64,000 nt of DNA from the human T2T-CHM13v2.0 reference genome, Homo sapiens. Below the pieces are notes generated by a model. It did not search any database. It was not told the DNA's origin and worked only from the letters and a program-made list of their open reading frames with translations. Below, piece after piece: positions 20,086 to 31,970 of this stretch; within the stretch, counting starts at the first letter, position 1, and each line of letters opens with the position of its first letter. The stretch is from NCBI RefSeq assembly GCF_009914755.1, contig NC_060947.1. One strand, 5' to 3'. Both the position numbers and the translations under genes were made by a program.

Positions 20086-20130
20086 CTTTTTTTTTTGAGA
20101 TGGAGTCTCACTTTGTCACCCAGGCTGGAG
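20086..20130 (-). mobile_element. Severely 5'-truncated Alu (3' ~45 bp)
   Basis: T11 then gagatggagtctcactttgtcacccaggctggagt; candidate TSD ctgactt/ctcactt. Confidence 0.75.
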
Positions 20131-20332
20131 TCTCACTTCACCTTACACCACAGTCGAACATTCAAGGTCATCAAATGGGATAAAAGAAAAAATCCATCCA
20201 AAGGTCAGAAACCTCAAAGACTGAAGGTACATAAGCCCACAAAGATAATAAGGATAATAAGAATCAGTGCAAGAACCCTGATTCTTGATGAAGAGTGATG
20301 CAAAAATCCTCAACAAAATACTGGCAAACTAA

Positions 20333-20446
<114 letters not shown>

Positions 20447-21494
20447 TAAAGACAAAATCACACGACTATTTCATAGATTCAGAAAAGGCTTTCAATATAA
20501 TTCTACACCCCTTCATGTTAAAAACTCTCAATAAAATAGGTATTGAAGGAACATACCTCAAAATAATAAGACTCATCTATGACAACTCACAGCCAACATC
20601 ATACTAAATGGGCAAAAGCTTGAAGCATTTCCCTTGAAAACCGGCGCAAGAGAAGGATGCACTCTCTCAGCACTCCCATTCAACATAGGACTGGAAGTCC
20701 TGGACATGACAATCAGTCAAGAGAAAGAAATAAAGGGCATCAAAATAGGAAGAGAGGCAGTCAGTTAAACTATCCCTGTTTGCAGATGACATGACCTATA
20801 TCTAGAAAACCCCATAGTCTAAGCCCAAAAGCTTCTTAAGCTGATAACTTCAAAAAAGTCTCAGGATACAAAATCAATGTACAAAAATCAGTAACATTCC
20901 TACACACCAACAACAGTCAAGCCAAGAGCCAAATCAGGAATGAACTCTCATTCACAATTGCCACAAAAAGAATAAAATACCTAGGAATACAGTTAGCCAG
21001 GCAGGTGAAAGATCTCTACAATGAGAACTACAAAACATTGCTCAAAAAAATCAAAGATGACACAAACAAATGGAAAAACATCCTATGCTCATGGATAGGA
21101 AGAATCAATGTCATAAAAATGGACATACTTCTCAAATCAATTTGTAGATTCAATGCTATTCCTATTGAACTACCATTGAGATTCTTCACACAACTAGAAA
21201 AAAAACTATTTTAAAATTTATGTAAAACCAAAAAAGAGCCCAAATAGCCAAGGCAATCCTAAGCAAAAAGAACAAAGCTGGTGGCTTCACACTACCCAAC
21301 TTCAAACTATACTACAGGTCTATAATAATCAAAATAGTATGGTACTGGTATAAAAACAGACACATAGATGAATGGAACAGAATTGAGAACCCAGAAATAA
21401 GGCCACACACCTACAACTATCTGATCTTCAACAAACCTGACAAAAACAAGATATGGGGAAAAGATTCCCTATTCAACAAATGGTGCTGGGATAA

Positions 21495-21844
<350 letters not shown>

Positions 21845-23184
21845 CTAGACCCTTTCCTTATACCATATACAAAAATTAACTCAAGATTGATCAAAGACTT
21901 AAATGTAAAACTTATGAAAACCCTGGAAAATAACCTAAACAATACCATTGAGGACATAGCAATGGGCAAAGATTTCATGACAAACATGCTGAAAGCAATT
22001 GCAACAAAAGCAAAAATTGACAAATGGGATCTAATTAAGCTAAAACGCTTCTGCACAGCAAAGGAAACTATCAACAAAGTGAACAGAAAGCCTGCAAAAT
22101 GAGAGGAAATTTTTGCAAACTATGCATCTTACAAAGATCTAATATCCAGCGTCTATAAGGAACTTAAACAAATTTACAAGAAGAAAATAAACAACCCCGT
22201 TAAAAAGTGGGCAAAGGACATGAACAGATACTTTTCAGAAGAAGACAGAAAACATATATGCGGCCAACAAGCATATGAAAAAAAAGCTCAACATCACTGA
22301 TCATTAGAGAAATGCAAATCAAAACCACAATGAGATACCATCTCACAGCAGTCAGAATGGCTATTACTAAAAAATCAAAAAATAACAGATGCTGAGGAGG
22401 TTACAAAGAAAAAGGAATGCTTATAAACTGTTGATGGGAGTGTAAATTAGTTCAACCATTGTGGAAGATAGTATGGCAGTTCCTCAAAGACCTAAAAACA
22501 GAAATACATTTTGACCCAGCAATCAAATTATTGGTATATACCCAAAGGAATATAACTCATTCTATTATAAAGACACAAGGACATGTATGTTCATTGCAGC
22601 ATCATGGACAATAGCAAAGACATGAAATCAACCTAAATGCCCATCAATGATGGACTGAATAAAGACAATGTTGTACATATACACTATGGAATACTATGCA
22701 GCCATAAAAAATAATGAGATCCTGTCCTTTGCAGGAACATGGATGGAGCTGGCGGCCATTATCCTTAGCAAACTCACAAAGGAACAGAAAACCAAATACC
22801 ACATGTTCTCACTTATAAGTGGGAGCTAAATGATGAGAACACATGGGCACATAGAGGAGAACAACACACACTGGTGCTTCTCAGATGGTGGAGGGTGGGA
22901 GGAGGAAGAGGATCAGGAAAAATAACTAATGGGCACTAGGCTTAATAGCTGGGTGATGAAATAATCTGTACAACAAACCCCCATGCCACCAGTTTACCTA
23001 TGTAACAAACCTGCACATGTACCCTTGAACTGAAAATAAAAATTAAAAAAAAAAAGAATAGAGATAGGGACATTTAGGAGAAGATCTCAGAAGTAAAATG
23101 TCATTCTCATTACATCATATAAAAGGAAATCACTAGACATATGAATGGTTTCTCATGGTTGATGTTAGCTTTGATATACAGTTA

Positions 23185-26100
23185 TTCTGTCAACCTACAG
23201 TAATCAAGAAAGTATGCTATTGGCAAAAGAACAGATACACATCAATGGAACTAAATAGAGCCCAGAAAAAGACCCACACAAATATAGTCTACTGATTTTT
23301 GACAAAGGTGCAAATTCAATTCTATGGAGAAATGACAGTCTTTCCACCAAAAGGTACCTGAACAAATGCATATCAATATGCAAAGAAATGAACCTAGAAA
23401 GAGCCTTACAACTTTCACAAACAATTATCTTAAAATACTTCACAGACTCAAATATAAAATGTAAAATTATAGAATTTCTGGAGGAAAACATAAATGGAGA
23501 TCTACATGGCCTTGATATTGGTGATGGGTTTTTACATACAACATCAAAAGCATGCCCATAGAAGACAAAATTGAAAAGGTGGACATTCTAAAAATTAAAA
23601 ACAAAACTACTGCTCTGTAAAAGGCACTGGTAAGAAAAAGGAAAGATAAGCTACAGACTTTAAGAAAATATTTGCAAAACATACATCTCATAGAGGACTT
23701 GTATCCAAAATCTACAGAGAAAGTATAAAACTAAACAATGAGAACTATTCAGAATATACAGAAAATGCTTAAAAGTAAATAAGAAAACAAACAAGAAATC
23801 TCTATTAATAGATGTGCAAAAGCTCTGAACAGACAAATTAACAAAAAACATGTACACATAAAAAATAAGCATAAGACAACATAGTCAATGTCATTCTTTA
23901 TTAGAGAATTATGAATTAAATAACAAAGATACACACTTATTAGAATGTCCAAAATCCAAATACTGACAATACCAATTCCTGGCAACAAGGAACTCTCATT
24001 TGTTGCTGTTGGGAATGCAAAGTAGTACAGCCACTTTCAAAGATGGTTTGTCAGTTGATTTTTTTACAAAGCTGAACAAATTCTTGACACTCCTAGGTAT
24101 ACATTGAACTAATTTGCAAATTTATGCCCACAAAAAAAACCTGCATATGAATGGGTGTGGCAGCTTATTTAATAATTGGCCAAAACTGGAAACAACAAAG
24201 ATGTTCTTCAAGAGAGAGATGAATAAACAAACTGTGGTCCAACAACAACAGAACACTATTCATCAACCAAAATATTTACTTATCTAGGCACACAAAAACA
24301 TGAATAAATCTTAAATGCTTAATTCTAAGTAAAAGAAGCCAGTCCGAAAAGACTACATAGTATATGATGCAATTTATTTGACGTTCTGGAAAGACAAGAC
24401 TATAACGACAGTAAAAATACCTGTTGTGGCCAGGGATCAGGGGTGGGGAAAAGGTATGACTAGGATAAGCAGAAGGAATTTATTAGACAGGTGAAACTAT
24501 TCTCTAGGCTACTGTAATGATTGATTTTGTCATGTCATGGTTGATGACATGCTGTCAAAAAATGGAATATATTATGCATTTGTCAAAAAGCATAAAACCT
24601 TAAAGCACAAAGAGTAAACCTCAATGTATGCAAAATTGAAAAAATTAGGAGGTCGAGGAATGCCAAGGTGGAGTATAGAATATGACAAAACAATATAACT
24701 GTGTTACAAATCTATGAAACAACCTCTAATGAGTATCTGGGGATATGGTGCTGTCCTAAGTACCTGTGGAAGTTAGTCTCTGGGACCGAAGTTAAAAGAA
24801 ACTGTACTGAAGCAGTATTGTCTGGCTTCTAAAGCTATTTCTCACAGGGACTGGGTTTAAGAATTCTGATTATAGATATGTGTATATACACAGGTTAATA
24901 TACCAAAATATATATCTTTACTCTGAGAATTGAGGTGGCTAGGAATAACAAATCCTCAGGAACAATGAGCATGCCAAGCACCCACCTCTCACATTCCAAT
25001 ACTCTTCTCCCATAAAAGGAAGCAGAAACCATGGAAAATTGACTCTTCTATGACTGGAACAGGAAATATAAAAATGAGCCTGCATCATCTTGTCATACCA
25101 TAAAGTAAGACAGAGCTACAAACAAATGTAATGGCTCAGTTACGTGAAGGGGACATCAGAGCCAACTGAAAGAGCTTCCAATGGACAAAGATGGAACAAT
25201 CTGAGCAGCAAAATAAAAGTGGTGTTGAATTATAACCCCAAACATATAATAAATTACCATGAGTTCAGCCGAGACAAATTGAAGGTTAAATAAATACAAA
25301 TAATGGGGGAGAATAAACAAATCTCCCATTGAGAAGAATCCCAAATCATTCATGTCAATACTACCCCTTCCCAAGAAGGTGGACCATACTTCCCTACTAC
25401 CCAATGGCTGCCCTTAGTGACTTTCTTTTATAAAGCACAATACAGAAAGGGGGGAATGTAATAACCTTGCAGAGGGAAATCCTGACAACACTACCTCAGC
25501 CAGTTCATCAGTCAACATCAACAGCGATGAGTCATGTTGCTAAAATATCGTGTAATGAGAATGGCATTTCGCCTCTCTGGTCTCCTACCCCAAAGCCATT
25601 ACTCAAGTCTATATATGAAAAAACTCAGACAAATACCAAATGAGGGTAATTCCACAAATAGCCTGATCGATACTCCCCAAAACTGTTAAAGTCATCAAAA
25701 ACAAGAATAGTCTGAGAAACTATCACAGCTTAGACTAAAGTAGCATGGTATCCTAGATGGGATCCTCAAACAATGACAGGAATGTGCAGGTGAATATTGA
25801 TTTATGAATTATGAAGAATGTATCATATTATTGCATGATGTTAATAATAGGAGAAACTGGACATGATGTATAGGAAAACCCTCTTAACTGTCTTCGCAAC
25901 TTTTCTGTAAATTTAAAATTACTCTAAAATGTTTACTAAAAAAAAAAAAACACTTAAAGGAATGGGGAAAAAAGCCAAAAATGGGGAGAAAATACTTGTA
26001 AACCCCGTGTCGGATAAAGGATTCATATACTGAATGAATAAACACCTTATAACATGCAACCACATAAAAATGAAGAGTCCAATAAAATAGTAAATGATTT

Positions 26101-27490
26101 CAAGACTTCACCAATGAAGATACACAGATCACAAAAAAGCATATGAAAAGATGATTACCATAATTATTCAATAAAAATACAAATGTAAACAGCAGTAACA
26201 TTCTTCTACCCACCTGTTACAATTGATACAATGCAACAACCTGAAAATACCAAATTGTACAAAAGATGTGGCATTCTCTTTCATTGCTGGTAGAGAAGAA
26301 AAAGAACACATTCACTCTAGAAGGGGCTTTGGCTATTTCTAATATAGCAAAACTTAGACTTACCATTACACACAGCAATTGTACTCCTAGGTTTTATCAA
26401 GGAAAATTGGAAACAGGTTCATACACACAAAATCACGTACACAAAAACATATATAGCAGCTTATTTGAAATTGACAATCAATACTTTTTCCAATTGGTGA
26501 ATGGATAAAACCAATGGTACGTCCACAAACTGAAAATGTATTTAAAGCTCAATCCACCCTCTACCGTTCTAAGGCAGGCAGTTTTGTGGGTCAGTTCCCC
26601 CAAGTGGTCAGGGAAAACGAATCACCATATTAACTCTTCCAAATAATCCCAAAATACGGGCAATTATTCAACGAATTCTCCAAGGCTCCTTCTCCTGCAT
26701 TGGGGGGGAAAAAAAGATAAAGACATCCAGCCTTTATAAAAAGAACATATGAGCCAAGTGTTCACTCATATTGCAGCAAATGTCCTAAATAGATAATTGT
26801 ATATTCAACACAACAGTGGACTAATGAACAAGCAGCTCGTATGCAAGGAATAAAAATACAGAAAAAGCCTCTGAAATGAATTTTATCATATTTTCAAATT
26901 AACATTTTTAGCAAATGAAGATTAAAAGGCACTTTAATTTTCTAAAACTGACAGGAAACATACTTGAATGTGAAATGTTAGAAGCATTCCCATTCTCGTC
27001 AGGAGCAAGTCATTGATGTATGCTTTCACTGCTACCGTTCACAGCTGCAGTGAATGCTGAAATGAAAAAGAGAGCTATGGATATCAAGATGAAAAAGAGG
27101 TATGAAGATTGAAAAGAAATAGATCATATTTTTCACAATATGACCATCAAGAAAATTCAAAGGAAGAGACACATGGAACATTCAAATGAATAAGAGACTT
27201 CAGAAGACAGCATACAAAGACCACTGCAGCGAATACAAGAGACTTGTCACAGATGAGCAACTTAGAACATAAAATGAAAAATATACCATCCCCAACAGCA
27301 TTTAAATCCAAAATATAAAGAAGAAGAAGCCTAACCAAAATATGCAAGACATTTACAGAAGCAACTGTACAAGTTTGCTGACAGATTCAGAGAAAAAATT
27401 CCCAAATAAATGGAGTAGTATATGATGTTCACTGATGAGGAATAGAATACAGCAAAGGTGTAAATCTTACTTAAATTAAATAAACAGTTA
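23185..27490 (+). mobile_element. Mosaic of old L1M fragments (L1MC/MD ORF2 and 3' end, L1ME)
   Basis: Degenerate ORF2 3' motifs (gatttttgacaaaggtgc, gaaaatatttgcaaaac, agaagcattccc) and an L1MC-type 3' UTR to ~25950; boundaries approximate. Confidence 0.65.
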
Positions 27491-28820
27491 ATGCCTACCT
27501 GTAGCTGCCAAAGTGACAATCAAGCCCAGGCTGCTGTGCTCTACTCCCAAAATCAACTGTGTAAAAATATAGAAGGGAAAAAGAAAAATAAAACAACAAT
27601 ATCAGCAACAAAGTCTAAACAACAAAACATAGAAAACCCTGGGGAAAAAACTGTGTTGAACTGGTACTTGTGTTCTGGGCAGTTGGAGAGGCAGGGAGGT
27701 TGAGGAGGTCTGCAGCCACTGCAGACGACAGGGTGAGTTGCAGGAAAAGTTTTAAAGGACCACCCCACATCAATGTAGGATCCGAGTCTGCACCTCAAAA
27801 CACGAAGCCAGTAGCCCAGGGGTAATATCAGGACACCAGGAAAATTGGATTGATTGAGACACCATGGCTCCAGAATTCTGCTAATAACAACTAGAAACAA
27901 AGAGTAGGTTAGGACTACCTTCCAAAATACTATTATTTTAATCAAATATATATAATGAACTAGAAATAGAATAGTATGAGTGAATCACACATTGTATGAG
28001 TAGATATTGTTTGATAAAATAAGTACGTATAGTCGACATACATATATGTATAAATATATGTAAAGATATATACACATACATTCATATAATTACACATATA
28101 TAATATAAACATATACATACATATGTGTTTATGCATATAAACATAAATATAATGCACATATACAATTGGCATAGATTTAAAATTCGTTTCTTACTATACG
28201 AATGCGAATTAAATTATGAAAATCACTAAAGTGGAATAGGAATTGTTAGGTAACTTCAAAACTCAGGACTTCCACAAATTTATTGCAGCTACTCAGTTTC
28301 TTCAGTGTAAAAATAAATCATTTAGTACAAAAGTTTTGCAAAATCCTCTTCTAGCTGGGGAAGAGCCCCCGTGGGAAGGTGTGCCTCTTCTCCCAGAGGT
28401 CACTACAATCTTAGGTGCTGCAAACCCACAGGGAGAATCTGGCCTGGGACCCGCAGCCATTCTCTGCAAGGGGTGCAGCTGTGCAAATGCTCAGAGGTGA
28501 CAGAAACAGAGTATCTCCTAAAAGAGCCAAGAGTCAAGAAGAGGACCCTCCTGAGTGAGGACTGAGGGTCCACCCACACCACATAGAGGGGCCACATAAT
28601 TCAGCTCAGACCCTCATGTCAGCCCTGAAAGACCCCAGCAGCCTTGTCCCCCCACCACACCCTTCCCCCCACTGCCACCTCAGGGGACTCGGAATCAGAA
28701 CCTTGGTCTGAGGGAAGCAGACACCATCAGCAGAGTACGGAGCTCCAGGCTCTGCCAGATCTCAAAGTGAGAACCTTGAGGGATGACTGAACCGCTCCTC
28801 CCTCATCCCCCGCCCCACTA
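26510..28820 (-). ncRNA. MAGEA8-AS1: Predicted spliced divergent antisense lncRNA (probably MAGEA8-AS1)
   Basis: Minus-strand acceptors at 27891 (cctaac...ctttgtttctag), 27557 (ttttcccttctatatttttacacag) and 26695 (ctttatctttttttcccccccaatgcag); donor CAG|gtaggc at 27499/27498; AATACA variant signal at 26537-26542. An annotated AS1 here is recalled, not verified; the 5' and 3' ends are inferred. Confidence 0.55.
27990..28165. repeat. (TA/CA)-rich low-complexity tract
   Basis: catatacatatatgtataaatatatgtaaagatatatacacatac seen directly. Confidence 0.85.
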
Positions 28821-28900
28821 GAATCCGGTTCCGCCCCTGTTGTCCACCCAGGTGAGCCCTGGGTGGACGGATGTGACGCCACTGACGTGGCCGCGGGGAT
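28790..28900 (+). promoter_or_regulatory. MAGE-A-type CpG-rich germline promoter (Ets, Sp1 and CRE-like sites)
   Basis: aatccggttccgcccc (28822-28837) and cggatgtgacgcca (28868-28881) resemble the methylation-sensitive Ets elements of the MAGEA1 promoter; GC boxes and locally high CpG. Confidence 0.8.
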
Positions 28901-28983
28901 CAGAGAGAAGCGAGGGCCTGGTTCTGAGGGGTCGGCTTGAGATCGGCTGAGGGAAGCGGGCTCAGGGTCTGTGAGGAGGCAAG
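28890..28983 (+). other. MAGEA8: MAGEA8 exon 1 (non-coding; TSS approximate)
   Basis: Ends ...ctgtgaggaggcaag|gtgaga, the characteristic MAGE-A exon 1 end and donor. Confidence 0.8.
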
Positions 28984-29071
28984 GTGAGACCCTGAGGGAG
29001 GACTGAGGAGGCCCCCACCCCTCATATAGGACCCAAAATAATCTAGCGCCGCCCCTGCTGCCAGCCCTGGA

Positions 29072-29085
29072 CCACCAGGGGGCAG
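29072..29085 (+). promoter_or_regulatory. CTCF/CTCFL(BORIS) core motif
   Basis: ccaccagggggcag closely matches the CTCF core CCASYAGRKGGCRS. Confidence 0.65.
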
Positions 29086-29290
29086 ACTTGTCTGGCTGGG
29101 CCACCCCTCGCCAGCCCTGCGCTTAAGCCCCAGGGGAATCTGGAGTGAGAGCTTGGTGTGACCAGAGCAGGGCTGGTTAGCAGAGGGCAGGGCCCAGGTT
29201 CTGCCAGGCATCAAGGGCAGGACCCTGAGGGAGGGCTGAGGCTCCACAGAGCACATCTCTGCCCCTACTGTCAGCCCTGGGAAGCCCTAG

Positions 29291-29370
29291 GCATGGCGGC
29301 CGGGCATGGCGGCCGGGCATGGCGGCCGGGCATGGCGGCCGGGCATGGCGGCCGGGCATGGCGGCCGGGC
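29291..29370. repeat. Perfect GC-rich minisatellite, 6 x 13 bp (GCATGGCGGCCGG)
   Basis: Six identical units starting at 29291, 29304, 29317, 29330, 29343 and 29356. Confidence 0.97.
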
Positions 29371-31132
29371 TCGCTGATTCTGACGTCCGCATCCGGGGCT
29401 GATGCAGCAAAGGGGCTTCATGAGCACGGACTCAAGAGGAGCAGAGGGAGGGCCCAGGCTATGCTGGGAGATGAGGAGGCCCGAGGGGACCCAGGACCCC
29501 AGGACAGGGGGCCCACCCTACCTGTCTGAGACTGAGGGGCCTCCACATTTGGCCTCAGGAATCCGAGGGACTGAAACTCAAGTCAGCAGGGGGGTGGTGA
29601 ACAGCCCTGCCAGGAGTCAAGGAGAAGAAGAAGAGGGAGGACTCAGGGGTCCTTGGACTCCAGATCAGTGGAGATCTCAGCCTTGGGAAGTCCCAGGATC
29701 TGTGGCTGCATGTGGCGCATCCTTGCTGCATTTTCAGGGTGTCAGAAAGGAGACAGCTGTGGTCTGAGGAGTGGAGTCTCAGATCACTGGAGAGAGGTGC
29801 CCCAGAGCCCTTAAGGAGGACTCAGCAGACCTCCCATCATGGCCTAGGAAACCTGCTCCCACTCTCAGGTCTGGGCACCCAAGGCAGGACAGTGGGGAAG
29901 GGATGTGGCCCCCCCACTTTCTGGTAGGGGGCCTCAAGGAGATGGTGGCCTTGGCATGCAAGACACATCCACGGTTCAGCAGGAAGGAAAGGGCCATGCC
30001 TTGTCGTGGAGTAAATATGAATACCTGGATGACACCCAGACAGAGAAAGACCCCATGAAACCTACTACTTCTGTCAGCCGTGGGAATCCCATGCAGGGTT
30101 GTCCATGTAGTGCCTCCTTACTTCTGCCTCCTGGGTCTCAGGGAGGTAGCAACCTGGGTCTGAAGGGCGTCCTCAGCTCAGCAGAGGGAGCCACACCTGT
30201 TCAACAGAGGGACGGGGTCACAGGATCTGCAGGACCCAAGATGTGCTCACTTTGTGATGAATGGGGGTACTCCTGGCCTGGAAAGAAGGGACCCCACAAA
30301 GTCTGGCTAACTTTGGTTATTATCTCTGGGGGAACCCGATCAAGGGTGGCCCTAAGTGGAGATCTCATCTGTACTGTGGGCAGGAAGTTGGGGAAACGCA
30401 GGAAGATAAGGTCTTGGTGGTAAGGGGAGATGTCTGCTCATATCAGGGTGTTGTGGGTTGAGGAAGGGCGGGCTCCATCAGGGGAAAGATGAATAACCCC
30501 CTGAAGACCTTAGAACCCACCACTCAAGAACAAGTAGGGACAGATCCTAGTGTCACCCCTGGACACCCCACCCAGTGGTCATCAGATGTGGTGGCTCCTC
30601 ATTTCTCTCTTGAGATCTCAGGGAAGTGAGGACCTTGTTCTCAGAGGGCAACTCAGGACAAAACAGGGACCCCCATGTGGGCAACAGACTCAGTGGTCCA
30701 AGAATCTACCAAGAGTCTAGGTGACAACACTGAGGGAAGATTGAGGGTACCCTCGATGGTTCTCCTAGCAGGCAAAAAACAGATGGGGGCCCAACAGAAA
30801 TCTGCCCGGCCTCTTTTGTCACCCCTGAGAGCATGAGCAGGACTATCAGCTGAGGCCCCTGTGTTATACCAGACTCATTGGTCTCAGGGAGAAGAAGGCC
30901 TTGGTCTGAGGGCACTGCATTCAGGTCAGCAGAGCGGGGGTCCAAGGCCCTGCCAGGAGTCAGGGACTCAGAGGACACCACTCACCAAACACACAGGACC
31001 GAACCCCACCCTGCACCTTCTGTCAGCCATGGGAAGTGCAGGGAAAGGTGGGTGGATGGAATCCCCTCATTTGCTCTTCCAGTGTCTCCTGGAGATAGGT
31101 CCTTGGATTAAGGAAGTGGCCTCAGGTCAGCC

Positions 31133-31241
31133 CAGGACACATGGGCCCCAATGTATTTTGTGTAGCTATTGCTTTTTTCTCACCCTAGGACAGGACACGT
31201 GGGCCCCATTGCATTTTGTGTAGCTATTGCTTTTTTCCCAG
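31133..31241 (+). repeat. 58-bp tandem duplication in intron 1
   Basis: caggacac(a/g)tgggcccca(a/t)tg(t/c)attttgtgtagctattgcttttttc starts at 31133 and 31191. Confidence 0.92.
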
Positions 31242-31770
31242 GAGGCCTTGGGCATGTGGGGCCAGATGTGGGTCCCTTCATATCCTTGTCTTCCATATCA
31301 GGGATATAAACTCTTGATCTGAAAGTTTCTCAGGCCAGCAAAAGGGCCAGATCCAGGCCCTGCCAGGAGAAAGATGAGGGCCCTGAATGAGCACAGAAAG
31401 GACCATCCACACAAAATAGTGGGGAGCTCACAGAGTCAGGCTCACCCTCCTGACAGCACTGGGGTGCTGGGGCTGTGCTTGCAGTCTGCAGCCTGAGTTC
31501 CCCTCGATTTATCTTCTAGGAGCTCCAGGAACCAGGCTGTGAGGTCTTGGTCTGAGGCAGTATCTTCAATCACAGAGCATAAGAGGCCCAGGCAGTAGTA
31601 GCAGTCAAGCTGAGGTGGTGTTTCCCCTGTATGTATACCAGAGGCCCCTCTGGCATCAGAACAGCAGGAACCCCACAGTTCCTGGCCCTACCAGCCCTTT
31701 TGTCAGTCCTGGAGCCTTGGCCTTTGCCAGGAGGCTGCACCCTGAGATGCCCTCTCAATTTCTCCTTCAG

Positions 31771-31832
31771 GTTCGCAGAGAACAGGCCAGCCAGGAGGTC
31801 AGGAGGCCCCAGAGAAGCACTGAAGAAGACCT
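31771..31832 (+). other. MAGEA8: MAGEA8 exon 2 (non-coding, 62 nt)
   Basis: Acceptor tttctccttcag|gttcgc and donor agacct|gtaagt; homologous to the MAGE-A penultimate exon. Confidence 0.88.
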
Positions 31833-31970
31833 GTAAGTAGACCTTTGTTAGGGCATCCAGGGTGTAGTACCCAGCTGAGGCCTCTCACACGCTTCCTCTC
31901 TCCCCAGGCCTGTGGGTCTCAATTGCCCAGCTCCGGCCCACACTCTCCTGCTGCCCTGACCTGAGTCATC

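Noticed and set aside
29291-29370. 13-bp repeat as a CRISPR-like array or Alu-derived element
   Set aside because: Units are contiguous with no spacers and the DNA is eukaryotic. The ggccgggcatgg match to an Alu 5' end is only 12 nt, with no Alu body, tail or TSD.
29158-29529. 123-aa ORF with repeating MAAGHGGRAWRPG
   Set aside because: The periodicity is just translation of the 13-bp minisatellite; no coding evidence.
29905-30423. 172-aa ORF in MAGEA8 intron 1
   Set aside because: Non-ATG start, no recognisable domain, and GC-rich cassette sequence where long chance ORFs are expected.
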